The notes beneath the pieces are model-generated. The model saw only the letters and a list, made by a program, of their open reading frames with translations, searched no databases and had not been told where the DNA came from. This document shows, piece by piece, positions 45,056 through 55,236 of a stretch of DNA of 64,000 nt. The position numbers and the translations under genes are program-made. Every line of letters begins with the position of its first letter. Position 1 is the stretch's first letter. Source of the stretch: a virus; the IMG/VR virus record IMGVR_UViG_3300032286_000710, positions 1 through 64,000 of that record, one strand, 5' to 3'.

Positions 45056-45474
45056 AAGTTACCGGCATAAATGGTAAGGAATATGCGTGGAACCTAACTG
45101 GATATGATGTCTTTAATGATGACAAACGTAAGCGATCTAAATATCATATTCGGGCTAGAAACCTATTAAAAGAAATCTATAATAGCTATAGAATACTAGA
45201 AGAAGTAAAGTTGCCGGGAAGTACAGCCCTACACAGAAAATCTGTACTGTATCTTGACTTTTACATTCCTTCTATTAAACTGGGAGTTGAGGTTCATGGA
45301 GAGCAGCACTATGATTACAATCCATTCTTTCATAGGAGTAAAGCAGACTTTATAAAAGGTCAAGTTCGTGACGATGATAAGATAAACTGGTGTGAGTTGA
45401 ATGGAATCGAATTGATAACCCTAAAATATTCAGAAAGTGACGATGAGTGGCGACAAAGAATTAAAGGCATCTGA
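45052..45474 (+). CDS. DUF559/Vsr-like PD-(D/E)XK endonuclease
   Basis: LDFYIPSIKLGVEVHGEQHY; RDDDKINWC. Confidence 0.8.
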   Translation: MKVTGINGKEYAWNLTGYDVFNDDKRKRSKYHIRARNLLKEIYNSYRILEEVKLPGSTALHRKSVLYLDFYIPSIKLGVEVHGEQHYDYNPFFHRSKADFIKGQVRDDDKINWCELNGIELITLKYSESDDEWRQRIKGI

Positions 45475-45919
45475 CAAGTTAGCAGAATATATAGCATCAA
45501 TCAATGACTATATAAATTTGAGTAATACAAAGTTCTCTTCTTTTAGAGAAGAATATTTGTTTGTAGCAGATATGTCCTCTGACCAACTTAGGAAGTTAAC
45601 ACAAACAGAACTATTTGATGCCGCATATCTTCTATATGGTTATGCAACCTATATTCAAGATGAAATAAGTAAGAATAAAGTGGCATTGAATTGGTGCAAT
45701 GATCAAATGGAAAAGCTAATTGTTAAGAATAGTCAAGAGTTTGGTCAATATACTAAGCACGAATCTAAGAAGCATATATTAGCTAATAGTAATTCATATG
45801 CCGCATCTCTAGAAAATATGAGAGAAGTAGCAGAGGCTAGGCTACAATCATTAGACGGCAAGGTATTTGAACTAAAGAGAAAAGCCGATATACTACTTGA
45901 GAAAGGTAAAAGATCATGA
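45443..45919 (+). CDS. helical hypothetical protein (UvsY-like position)
   Basis: All-alpha/coiled-coil pattern between recA and the helicase. Confidence 0.55.
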   Translation: MSGDKELKASDKLAEYIASINDYINLSNTKFSSFREEYLFVADMSSDQLRKLTQTELFDAAYLLYGYATYIQDEISKNKVALNWCNDQMEKLIVKNSQEFGQYTKHESKKHILANSNSYAASLENMREVAEARLQSLDGKVFELKRKADILLEKGKRS

Positions 45920-46341
45920 GTATGAACGATTTTATAAACATGCTTAACGACGAACAAAAGCAAGCTTTGTTAAAGGCACTAGTTGGTGATAGTCCAACCG
46001 TAGCTAGTGTTCCAAAAGAAGTGAGAAAAGAAAGCATAAAGAAGATACAGTCTTCCACACCCCCTGCAAGTGTGAATGAAGATTTTACAATGTTTAAGCA
46101 GGATAGTAATTCTAATACTAATACTAGGAGAAAAGAAGCCGTGAGAGCTAGAAAGAATGAATGGAAAGATACGGGTGAGTCTAGGGATGTAGAAACTCCA
46201 CAGTTTGAAAGAACACCCCGTCGCCGTGAGCCATACAAAAAGGTAGAAGTAGAATGCCACGTTTGTGGAAAGTCTTTCAAGGAAGATCCCAAGATTATTC
46301 ATGGAGAATACTATCGTTGCAATAGATGCACCGGTAAATAA
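45916..46341 (+). CDS. hypothetical protein with C-terminal Zn finger
   Basis: CHVCG...CNRC. Confidence 0.75.
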   Translation: MSMNDFINMLNDEQKQALLKALVGDSPTVASVPKEVRKESIKKIQSSTPPASVNEDFTMFKQDSNSNTNTRRKEAVRARKNEWKDTGESRDVETPQFERTPRRREPYKKVEVECHVCGKSFKEDPKIIHGEYYRCNRCTGK

Positions 46342-46342
46342 T

Positions 46343-47809
46343 ATGGAAGTAACACTGACTGATATTGGATCAGAAAGAGCCGTTTTAGCTGGATTATTGC
46401 AGCACGGTATAGATGGATATGTAGCGGTATCTGACATAGTGAGTCAAGACACTTTCGGACATTTGAACAATCAAATATTGTTTAAGTGCATTGAAAAAGT
46501 TATTCTCAACGATCAGAAAGTAGACATACCATCCATATTATCCGCAGCAGATCAGTTAAATCTTTCTGAAAGTATAAATACAGATCAAGAGTTGAAGTAT
46601 ATAAAGTCTCTAATGGACTTCCCCATCAACAAAGATAATGTTTTTAGCTTTGCAATACAGATGAAGAAGTTTGAGTTTGCACGTAAAATAAAAGGTCTTA
46701 CTGCAAAGATTCATAAAGATGTAGATAGTGTTACTGGTGCTGAATCTATAAATGAGATTATACAAATACTTGAAAATCCAGTTACTGATTTCTTAAGGGA
46801 AGATGATAGCGGCGATCTTCCAGAAAAGATTGGCAAGGATGCTAAAGATTATATACAGTTTCTAGAAGAGAATAAATGTGATATCATAGGTATTCCAACG
46901 GGCTTCAATAAATATGATGAAGCAATTGGTGGCGGATTACGAAGGAAATGTGTTGATTTAGTATCAGCAAGACCAAAGGTTGGAAAAAGCGTATTCGCTG
47001 ATAATGTAGCATTAAATGTATCTTCCGGTGGCGTTCCAGTACTGATGTTAGATACTGAAATGAGTAAGGAAGATCACTTAAATAGACTATTGGCAAATAT
47101 CAGCGGAGTTCCAATTAATGAAGTTGCTACTGGTAAATTCACAGATGATGAAGAAAAACGACGCAAGGTGATGGAAGCAATCGAAAAGATTGAATCTATA
47201 CCTTACAGTTATGTTAGCGTTGCTGGAAAGCCGTTTGAACAAATACTTAACCTAATTAAGCGTTGGGTTATGCAAGAAGTCAGAATTGGCGACAATGGCA
47301 AGACAAACAACTGTCTTATCATATATGATTATCTTAAGTTAATGTCATCGACTTCTATTACTAATAATATACAAGAATACCAAGCACTTGGTTTTCAGAT
47401 TACATCACTACATAATCTTTGCGTCAAGCTTGACATACCATGTTTGTCCTTTGTACAATTGAACCGTGACGGCATAACAAAAGAAAGCACAGACGCTGTT
47501 TCTGGATCAGACAGATTGATTTGGTTATGTACATCATTTAGCATATTCAAAATCAAATCTCCAGAAGAACTAGCAGAAGATGGGCCAAATGCTGGAAACA
47601 GGAAGCTTGTACCGATTGTTTCAAGACATGGTGGAGGCTTGGACGATGGTGATTACATTAACATGGTAATGCAGGGATCTCACGCAAAGTTAAGAGAGCT
47701 GAAAACACGTAACGAATTTAAGAATCAGCCAGTTGGAGACACTGGCATGGTAGACCAGAACACATTAGATAAGCTAAAAATTAATGGACTTGCAGAAGAT
47801 CAAGAATAG
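46343..47809 (+). CDS. dnaB: DnaB-like replicative helicase
   Basis: SERAVLAG; GIPTGF; ARPKVGKS; DTEM; YDYL; QLNR. Confidence 0.93.
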   Translation: MEVTLTDIGSERAVLAGLLQHGIDGYVAVSDIVSQDTFGHLNNQILFKCIEKVILNDQKVDIPSILSAADQLNLSESINTDQELKYIKSLMDFPINKDNVFSFAIQMKKFEFARKIKGLTAKIHKDVDSVTGAESINEIIQILENPVTDFLREDDSGDLPEKIGKDAKDYIQFLEENKCDIIGIPTGFNKYDEAIGGGLRRKCVDLVSARPKVGKSVFADNVALNVSSGGVPVLMLDTEMSKEDHLNRLLANISGVPINEVATGKFTDDEEKRRKVMEAIEKIESIPYSYVSVAGKPFEQILNLIKRWVMQEVRIGDNGKTNNCLIIYDYLKLMSSTSITNNIQEYQALGFQITSLHNLCVKLDIPCLSFVQLNRDGITKESTDAVSGSDRLIWLCTSFSIFKIKSPEELAEDGPNAGNRKLVPIVSRHGGGLDDGDYINMVMQGSHAKLRELKTRNEFKNQPVGDTGMVDQNTLDKLKINGLAEDQE

Positions 47810-48824
47810 TCTTAACGATCAGTCAGAAGAAGTATTCTCAAAACTAGGTATGAAATACGAGGTTTTGGGAGATAATATCTATTGTAATTGTCCTGTTCAT
47901 GAGGGTAGCGACAATCCAAGAGCTTTCTCATTCTCTAAAGATAAAGGTATATGGAAGTGCTGGACTAGAGATTGTCAACAACAATATAGAAATGACATAT
48001 TTGGAGTCATAAGAGGATCACTTTCAAAAGAGAGTGGAGTAGAGGCTGAATTTTCTGATGCTTTAAAATGGGCATGTGATTTTCTAGGTATCAAAAAGGG
48101 TAGAAGTTCATCTCAAAAACCCGCCGTAAAAGAACCAGTAAAAGAAGATGACTTTAATAAACTAGTAAACACAATAAACTCTAAAATTAAACTAGATGAT
48201 AATTATCCAGCCATTGAAATAGATGAGTGTGTAAAAACACCATCACAATACTTTATATCTAGGGGATTCAAACCAGAAACTTTAGTTCATTTTGATGTTG
48301 GAGATTGTTATGATCGTGTATCAAAATTATACGAAAGATCAGTAGTCCCCATTCATAATGATACGGGCGATAAAGTAATAGCTTGTATAGCAAGGTCTAT
48401 AAAAGAATATAGAAGCCCAAAGTTTCTTCTAGATCCAAAGGGGTTTGATAAGAGATACTTCTTTTATAACTATCACCGGGCTATAGAAAGCGTTAAGCAA
48501 ACATCATCATTGTTTCTTGTAGAAGGGCAGGGCGATGTTTGGAGACTATATGAAGCTGGTATTACTCAGTCAATGAGTCTTTTTGGTAGGAGTCTTAGCA
48601 AAGAACAAGAACTAAAACTGTCTAAAATGCCTCTCACTCATATAATAGTCTTACTAGACAACGATCAAGCTGGTCGAGAGGCAAAGGTTCAACTCCAGAG
48701 ACAATTGGGTAGAATGTATAAATTATCTTTCCCCAAAATACCAACCAAAGACGTTGGCGAGATGAGAGTTGAACAAATAAAGAATATTATTATACCACAG
48801 GTCAAGGGAACAATAAATGGTTAA
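47784..48824 (+). CDS. dnaG: DNA primase (CHC2 Zn finger plus TOPRIM)
   Basis: CPVH...WKCWTRDC; LVEGQGD; LDNDQAG; KDVGE. Confidence 0.92.
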   Translation: MDLQKIKNSLNDQSEEVFSKLGMKYEVLGDNIYCNCPVHEGSDNPRAFSFSKDKGIWKCWTRDCQQQYRNDIFGVIRGSLSKESGVEAEFSDALKWACDFLGIKKGRSSSQKPAVKEPVKEDDFNKLVNTINSKIKLDDNYPAIEIDECVKTPSQYFISRGFKPETLVHFDVGDCYDRVSKLYERSVVPIHNDTGDKVIACIARSIKEYRSPKFLLDPKGFDKRYFFYNYHRAIESVKQTSSLFLVEGQGDVWRLYEAGITQSMSLFGRSLSKEQELKLSKMPLTHIIVLLDNDQAGREAKVQLQRQLGRMYKLSFPKIPTKDVGEMRVEQIKNIIIPQVKGTING

Positions 48825-49557
48825 AATTATTGGTATTTCTGGTAGAAAACAGTCTGGAAAAAATACTGTAGCAAATTATATTAATGGTCAAGTGTTAAAG
48901 GAAAGGTCTATGATTAATGACTTTGCTATTAGCGATGATGGCAACTTGTTAATAAATACTCAGGATATAACTGGGACAAGTGGGTATGGAATATTTGATG
49001 TTACCAGAAAAGACTCAATTTTTGTGGAGTACGCACAAAGAGAATTGTGGCCTTATATCAAAGTATACCATTTCGCAGATTACTTGAAAGACATGTCAGT
49101 TAATCTATTTGGTCTTAATTCTAAGAACGTTTACGGTAATGATGACCAAAAGAATGAATCTACCCCTTTTCTATGGGAAGAAATGCCAACAGAAACAAAT
49201 AAAGTTGGAAATATGACACACAGAGAGTTTTTAGAGTACCTTGGGACTAAAATAATAAGACGAGTCAAATCAGATGCTTGGGTACATGCTACAATAAATA
49301 AAATATTAGATGAAGATTCTCAGTTAGCTATTGTTCCAGATGTTAGATTCCCTAACGAAGTTAAAGCCATAAAAGACAATGGTGGAATTGTTATTAGATT
49401 AACTAGAAACATATTTAGCAGTGATTCTGAGTCAGAGTCATCATTAGATAGTGATAAATTTGATTGGCATAATTTTGATACAGTAATTGATAATCATAAT
49501 ATGACACTAGAAGTTCTATGTGATGAACTCAAAAATAATAACTTTTGGAGATTTTAA
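48817..49557 (+). CDS. deoxynucleoside monophosphate kinase
   Basis: IIGISGRKQSGKNT; FADYLK; REFLEYLGT; PDVRFPNE. Confidence 0.88.
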   Translation: MVKIIGISGRKQSGKNTVANYINGQVLKERSMINDFAISDDGNLLINTQDITGTSGYGIFDVTRKDSIFVEYAQRELWPYIKVYHFADYLKDMSVNLFGLNSKNVYGNDDQKNESTPFLWEEMPTETNKVGNMTHREFLEYLGTKIIRRVKSDAWVHATINKILDEDSQLAIVPDVRFPNEVKAIKDNGGIVIRLTRNIFSSDSESESSLDSDKFDWHNFDTVIDNHNMTLEVLCDELKNNNFWRF

Positions 49558-50577
49558 ATGCTAGTAACTTACATACGATCATCTAGTTATAATAATTATG
49601 CATATTGTCAAATGCAATATTTCATAACATATGTTCTTGGGCATCAACCAGATAGTGGTAAAAAGGCAGAGTTAGGGACTATTGTTCATAAGGTAATGGA
49701 AACATTAGCTCAACTCAAAAAGTATCAGCAAGACAATCCCAAGAAATTGACTTTATCAATAGAGGATGATGCTTTAAAAACAGTATCAATTAAAAAGAAT
49801 GAATTATTGACTAGCACACTGGTTGATAAACTTTTGTCTAGAAGCTTTGATTTTTATACTGAAGGATCTAAACATACTTTTACTAAAGGTGATAGAGATT
49901 TATGTTTAAAGCTTGTATGGGATACCTTAAAGTATAATGACGGTCAATTTGATCCACGATTAAGGAAAATAGTCGCAGCAGAACCTCATTTTGATATACC
50001 AATTGATGAAGATTGGGCTTTTTATGAGTATGAAGTAAATGGTCAAAAGGTTAAGGGGCAATTGGCTATTAAAGGTACAATTGACCTAGTAACGGAAACA
50101 GAAGAGGGGATCATTGAAGTAATTGATTGGAAGACCGGAAGAAGGCTAGATTGGGCAACCGGCGAGGAAAAGACATATGGTAAGTTGTGTTCAGATCCTC
50201 AGTTATTGCTATATAATTATGCAATTTCTAAGCTTTTCCCACAATATAAGCAGTCAATAATGAGTATCTTTTTCATTAAGGATGGCGGTCCATTTTCTAT
50301 GTGTTTTGACAAAGCTGATGAAAAAAGGTTCTTAGAAATGCTAAAAGATAAGTTTCTAGACATCAAGCATAACGAAAAACCACAGCCAATTTCGCCCAAT
50401 AGAGAGAACTGGAAATGCACTAAGTTGTGCCATTATTGCAAGAACAAGTGGCCCGAAACCGACCAGAACATGTGTATATATATAGAGAATAGTATAAAAA
50501 CTAAGGGTATGGATCAAACCATAAAGGATTGCACAAGGCCGGGATTTGATATTGGATTTTATTCTGCTCCCGGTTAA
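49558..50577 (+). CDS. Cas4/RecB-like PD-(D/E)XK exonuclease
   Basis: YCQMQY; GTIVH; GTIDLV...IDWKTG; QLLLY; CTKLCHYC. Confidence 0.88.
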   Translation: MLVTYIRSSSYNNYAYCQMQYFITYVLGHQPDSGKKAELGTIVHKVMETLAQLKKYQQDNPKKLTLSIEDDALKTVSIKKNELLTSTLVDKLLSRSFDFYTEGSKHTFTKGDRDLCLKLVWDTLKYNDGQFDPRLRKIVAAEPHFDIPIDEDWAFYEYEVNGQKVKGQLAIKGTIDLVTETEEGIIEVIDWKTGRRLDWATGEEKTYGKLCSDPQLLLYNYAISKLFPQYKQSIMSIFFIKDGGPFSMCFDKADEKRFLEMLKDKFLDIKHNEKPQPISPNRENWKCTKLCHYCKNKWPETDQNMCIYIENSIKTKGMDQTIKDCTRPGFDIGFYSAPG

Positions 50578-50588
50578 GGAAAGGAAAT

Positions 50589-51461
50589 ATGAGTAAATTA
50601 CTTACAATCGGAATGGCTACATATGACGATTTTGATGGGGTGTATTTCACTACTCAATCGTTAGTAATGTATCAAGAAGTACTAAAAAATATTGACTATG
50701 AGATAATAGTCATAGACAATAATCCAAGCGGAAAACACGGGCAGGCTGTTAAGGATGTATCTGGGTGGCTTAGAAGTTATGTAAAATATATACCATATGA
50801 GGAAAAAGCAAGTACAGCAGTAAGAAACGAAATATTTGCTAATTCATCTGGTAAATATACAATATCTATTGACTGCCATGTTTTAATTAAACCCGGTGCA
50901 ATAGAGTCACTATTAAAATATTACGAAAGTAATCCAAATTGTAAAGATATAATACAAGGGCCAATGATATATGATGATCAAGTAAGTTATTCAACTCAAT
51001 TTGATCCATCTTGGCGTGGAGATATGTTCGGCACATGGGGTACAAACAAAGATGCTTATGAAAAGGGTGAACCTTTTGATATACCCATGATGGGGCTTGG
51101 GTTGTTTTCATGTGAGACAAAAAACTGGTTAGGATTTAATAAGCATTTTAAAGGATTTGGCGGAGAAGAAGGATATATACACGAAAAATTTAGAAGAAAT
51201 GGTGGACGAGCAATATGCTTGCCACAACTAGGATGGTTACATAGATTTGGTAGGCCAGAGGGTGTTAAATACAGGCTAGTCTTAGAGGATAGAGTTTGGA
51301 ATTATTTTGTTGGGTGGTTAGAAATAACAAAAGATCCAAATGATATAATGGTTTTGGGTGCATATAACTACTTTAGAAATAGAATACCTAGAGAAAGCTT
51401 AGATAACATTTTTAACGACGCTAAAAAACTAATACTTGGAGATAATTATGCCACTTCCTAA
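50589..51461 (+). CDS. glycosyltransferase, GT2/GT-A family
   Basis: TIGMATY; IIVIDN; RN; IDCH; GFGGEE. Confidence 0.85.
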   Translation: MSKLLTIGMATYDDFDGVYFTTQSLVMYQEVLKNIDYEIIVIDNNPSGKHGQAVKDVSGWLRSYVKYIPYEEKASTAVRNEIFANSSGKYTISIDCHVLIKPGAIESLLKYYESNPNCKDIIQGPMIYDDQVSYSTQFDPSWRGDMFGTWGTNKDAYEKGEPFDIPMMGLGLFSCETKNWLGFNKHFKGFGGEEGYIHEKFRRNGGRAICLPQLGWLHRFGRPEGVKYRLVLEDRVWNYFVGWLEITKDPNDIMVLGAYNYFRNRIPRESLDNIFNDAKKLILGDNYATS

Positions 51462-52419
51462 AAGAAACAAAGATGAAGATAAGAATAAATTCGTAGCACG
51501 ATGTATTAGTAGCGATGCTATGAAGAAAGAATATCCAGATAATTCTCAAAGAGTAGCAATTTGCATGAGCCAAGCCACGGCAGATTGTGGTTGTGTAGAA
51601 TCCGCAGATTTTTATATGCAAATGGAAGCTGGATATGAAGAAGAAATTGACGAAAATAATTTCTACATTCCTGCCGAAGCAGAGTATGAAGATTTTGGCG
51701 AAGAAACAGAAGAGTGGGACATTGCTGGAGAAAGGCCGGGACTTTGGGAGAACATAAGAAAGAAGAAAGAAAGAGAAGGCAAGAATTACAAACCAGCAAA
51801 AAGAGGCGATAAAGATCGTCCAGATCCAGAGTCTTGGAAAAAGGCTCAATCTGACGATAGCATAATGGCTATTGAGCAAGTTCAAAAAATGCGTGATCAA
51901 CTTGTTGAAATAGCATCAAAGATTGATGGAATGGTTGATACTCCAATAGAATTTGAAGATTGGACTAAGGATATGATTTCTAAAGCAGAAATATATGTAC
52001 AAAATATATATGATTTTGTTAAGTATTATAGTCCAGATAAGTATGAAGATGATGACTTGTCAGAAACAGAAGCCAAGTATGAATATCAAGATCCACAAAC
52101 TGGAGAAGTCTATCAATATAGACGAAAAGGATATTATGAACGTGATGGCAGAGTTTTAATGTATATGGGAGAAGGTAGTGAATATCAAGGAAGAAAAGTT
52201 ACACTAAATAAACCCTTTAGAACTCCAGATGGTCCAAAGAAGTTTAGCGTATATGTTAAGAACGATAGGGGCAATGTAGTCAAGGTAAACTTTGGCGATC
52301 CAAATATGGAAATCAAAAAAGATATTCCAGCTAGACGTAAAAGCTTTAGAGCAAGAATGAGATGTGATAATCCTGGCCCCAAATATAAAGCAAGATATTG
52401 GGCTTGTAAGAGTTGGTAA
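51448..52419 (+). CDS. modular protein of short basic motifs (possible internal head protein)
   Basis: KFVARCI..YPD..QRVAIC; GLWENIRKKK; EYQGRKVTLNKP...SFRARMRC...RYWAC modules separated by acidic linkers. Confidence 0.6.
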   Translation: MPLPKRNKDEDKNKFVARCISSDAMKKEYPDNSQRVAICMSQATADCGCVESADFYMQMEAGYEEEIDENNFYIPAEAEYEDFGEETEEWDIAGERPGLWENIRKKKEREGKNYKPAKRGDKDRPDPESWKKAQSDDSIMAIEQVQKMRDQLVEIASKIDGMVDTPIEFEDWTKDMISKAEIYVQNIYDFVKYYSPDKYEDDDLSETEAKYEYQDPQTGEVYQYRRKGYYERDGRVLMYMGEGSEYQGRKVTLNKPFRTPDGPKKFSVYVKNDRGNVVKVNFGDPNMEIKKDIPARRKSFRARMRCDNPGPKYKARYWACKSW

Positions 52420-52433
52420 CTTGAGGAGTAAAA

Positions 52434-53012
52434 ATGCCTTCTTTGAATAAAGATTTTATATTACAACTAAAAGATAACTATAAAAACTATAGTAATTTTA
52501 TAGAAACTGGTACATATATGGGTCAAACTATAATGGAAATGGAACCCATGTTTGAAAAATTATATACTATAGAAATTAAAGAAGATATTTATAATACTAC
52601 AAAAAATACTTATTCTGGAAACAAGATAGAATTTATACTTGGGGATAGTTCCACAGAATTAAAAAAGTTACTCCCCAAAATAATTGGTAAATCGTTAATT
52701 TTTTTAGATGGTCACTGGAGTGCTGGGGACACCGGAAAAGGTGTAAAAGATTGTCCACTAATAGAAGAAATTGATAGCATAAATTTATATCATAAAGATA
52801 AAGCAATTGTGATTATAGATGATGTTAGATTATTTGGCATGGGGCCAAACAAAAACAATGAAGTATGCAATTGGGAAGATATAGAAGTTAATAAAATACT
52901 AGATACTCTAAATAATAGGATAACAGATTATTATTATTTACCAAGTGAATTTTTTGAAAAAGACAGATTAGTATTACATATAACTGGAGAAAATTATGAA
53001 CAAAATAGATGA
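52434..53012 (+). CDS. SAM-dependent methyltransferase-like protein
   Basis: FIETGTYMG; GDS; FLDGH; IDD. Confidence 0.75.
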   Translation: MPSLNKDFILQLKDNYKNYSNFIETGTYMGQTIMEMEPMFEKLYTIEIKEDIYNTTKNTYSGNKIEFILGDSSTELKKLLPKIIGKSLIFLDGHWSAGDTGKGVKDCPLIEEIDSINLYHKDKAIVIIDDVRLFGMGPNKNNEVCNWEDIEVNKILDTLNNRITDYYYLPSEFFEKDRLVLHITGENYEQNR

Positions 53013-53523
53013 TCTTTTAGAACAGCAGTCACAAGCACAAGAAGTAGTAGTAGTTGGTTATTCTAGTGACCAAGTAATTGAATTACTAAAAAAATCTTTG
53101 AATATTCACTGGCAGCAGACAACTGTTTTAACTGCACAAGCAGAACATCTTGAACGATGGGGTTATAAGAAATTAGCAGCAGTTATTAAGGCAGATTCTA
53201 GACAAGAACAAGAACATGCTGCTATTAATATCAAAAGGCTTGAATTTTTTGATGCCGATTATCAACCATTAATAGTAAGTCCACCATCTTGGAAGAGGCA
53301 CGATATGGTGGCCATGATTGAATACAATCTTAATTCAGTCAGAGAAGCATCAGTCGCTGAAAGAAACACAATTGTTGCTGCTAGGGCGGTTGGAGATGAA
53401 ATTACTGCTAATATGATGATTCCATTATTACAGGGCAGTGAAGATGGAATTGAATTATATGAGGGCTATTTAAAGCTTATTGAAGAAATGGGTCTTGATA
53501 ACTTCTTGAGTATACAGGTTTAG
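52996..53523 (+). CDS. bacterioferritin-like protein (divergent)
   Basis: RWGYKKLA...EQEHA...RLEFF; GDEIT; EEMGLDNFL align with Bfr. Confidence 0.75.
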   Translation: MNKIDDLLEQQSQAQEVVVVGYSSDQVIELLKKSLNIHWQQTTVLTAQAEHLERWGYKKLAAVIKADSRQEQEHAAINIKRLEFFDADYQPLIVSPPSWKRHDMVAMIEYNLNSVREASVAERNTIVAARAVGDEITANMMIPLLQGSEDGIELYEGYLKLIEEMGLDNFLSIQV

Positions 53524-53531
53524 TAGTTTTG

Positions 53532-53573
53532 CTTGGGGGTCATATTGACTTATGGCCCCCAAGATGGTATAAT
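53532..53573 (+). promoter_or_regulatory. dnaE promoter with the -35 in the loop of an inverted repeat
   Basis: CTTGGGGGTCATA-TTGACT-TATGGCCCCCAAG-ATGG-TATAAT (17-nt spacer). Confidence 0.75.
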
Positions 53574-53610
53574 AAGTTGTTGATCTCTTGATTTTGAAAT
53601 AAGGAAATAT

Positions 53611-55236
53611 ATGAATTGGTTCCCGTTGAAGAATTTTACTCATTATAGTTTGCTCAAGGGGTATTCCAAACCAGAAGAATTAGCAAAGAAATGCAAGGAT
53701 AATGGATATCCAGCATGTGGCATTTGTGATTATAAAACATTATCTGGTGCAGTTGCCTTCTATAAAGCTTGCAAGAAGCAAGGCATAAAGCCAATCATTG
53801 GATGCTCGTTTGATTTTGCTACACTTTTTGCCAAGAACAAAGATGGGTGGTACGAGTTAATTGAGATGGTTTCATCACTAGATGAAAATGGTAAGTTACC
53901 AGAGCAATATGACAATACAAATATCAGTAAAAATTTGATTAGTGTCTATAATGCTCCTACTGAATTAATGCCTATTAGTTATTATACAAATAGGGAAGAT
54001 GCCAAACTTCACAGAATATTATTATGTTCTGACATGAAGACTACGCTACCAAGAATAAAGAAGTGCATTAGGCCAGATAACAAGGGTGGTCTAAATATAG
54101 ATTCAAAATATCCAGAAGAGCATATGGATAAATTAGTATATTTTATGCAAGATTCTTTTTACGTCAAAGACAAGGATGAATCTAAGGGGTTAGACTCGTC
54201 TAAACTAAAAGAGATTTATGACCAGTGCGAAGACTATGATATTCTTAGCAAGCCAATGCTACCTAAATTTGAATGTCCAAAAGGGGCATCAGAAGAAGAT
54301 TATCTCAAAGAACTATGCCGTATTGGCTGGAAGAAAATACTAATAGATCAAAATAAGGTATCAAAAGAAGAAGATAAGCAGAAGTATTTGAGTAGATTCA
54401 AGGAAGAGTTTGATGTTATTAAAGATGCTAATCTATTCGGATATTTTCTTATTGTTCGTGATATTATAAAGCACGTTAATGATATGGGTTGGTTATCTGG
54501 TCCCGGTAGAGGATCTGCCGCAGGGTGTTTAATCTCATATTTAATTGGTATCACAAAGATTGACCCAATAGAGTTTGACCTTCTATTTGCACGATTTTAT
54601 AACGCTGGAAGAAATAGTGCTGATCATATATCTCTACCAGATATTGATATAGACGTTCCCGGTACTAAACGTGATGAAATTATCGCATATCTAAAGGATA
54701 AATATGGTCATAGTCGAGTCAGTCAAATGTTAACGTTTGGCAGACTTCAAGGCAAAAGTGCTATCAAAGAAGTCTTGCGTGTTAATGAGGCTTGTTCATT
54801 CTCTGAAATGAATGCTATAAGTAATTGTATTCCAGATGAAGCAAAGATTTCAGACCAGTTAGCAGAAATGGATGATGAAGATCGTTCTATTATTAAATGG
54901 GCATTAATCAACAACTCTGAGGATCTAAGAGATTTCTGTAGAATATCAGAAGATGGTAAACTTGAGGGTGAATACGCAGAATATTTTGAACAAGCTATTC
55001 AGATAGAGGGAACATTCAAAACTCAGGGAAAACACGCTGCCGGTGTAGTAATTTCAGCAGAGCCACTTCAAAAGGTATGCCCAATGGTAAAACAAAAAGG
55101 TTCATCAGAAAAGGTGGCTGGACTTGAAATGGCAGACTTAGAGGCATTAGGCCACGTAAAGTTTGACGTTCTAGGAATTAATTTGCTAGATAAAATTATG
55201 AAGATTGAAGAACTAACAGGAGTATCTAATGGCTAA
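53611..55236 (+). CDS. dnaE: DNA polymerase III alpha, N-terminal part (reduced PHP plus palm)
   Basis: GPGRGSAAG; LPDIDID; HAAGVVI; KFDVLG near the C-terminus. Confidence 0.93.
   Translation: MNWFPLKNFTHYSLLKGYSKPEELAKKCKDNGYPACGICDYKTLSGAVAFYKACKKQGIKPIIGCSFDFATLFAKNKDGWYELIEMVSSLDENGKLPEQYDNTNISKNLISVYNAPTELMPISYYTNREDAKLHRILLCSDMKTTLPRIKKCIRPDNKGGLNIDSKYPEEHMDKLVYFMQDSFYVKDKDESKGLDSSKLKEIYDQCEDYDILSKPMLPKFECPKGASEEDYLKELCRIGWKKILIDQNKVSKEEDKQKYLSRFKEEFDVIKDANLFGYFLIVRDIIKHVNDMGWLSGPGRGSAAGCLISYLIGITKIDPIEFDLLFARFYNAGRNSADHISLPDIDIDVPGTKRDEIIAYLKDKYGHSRVSQMLTFGRLQGKSAIKEVLRVNEACSFSEMNAISNCIPDEAKISDQLAEMDDEDRSIIKWALINNSEDLRDFCRISEDGKLEGEYAEYFEQAIQIEGTFKTQGKHAAGVVISAEPLQKVCPMVKQKGSSEKVAGLEMADLEALGHVKFDVLGINLLDKIMKIEELTGVSNG

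Noticed and set aside
49558-50577. Cas4-like gene as part of a CRISPR-Cas locus
   Set aside because: No other cas genes and no repeat-spacer array seen; solo Cas4-like nucleases are common in phage replication modules.
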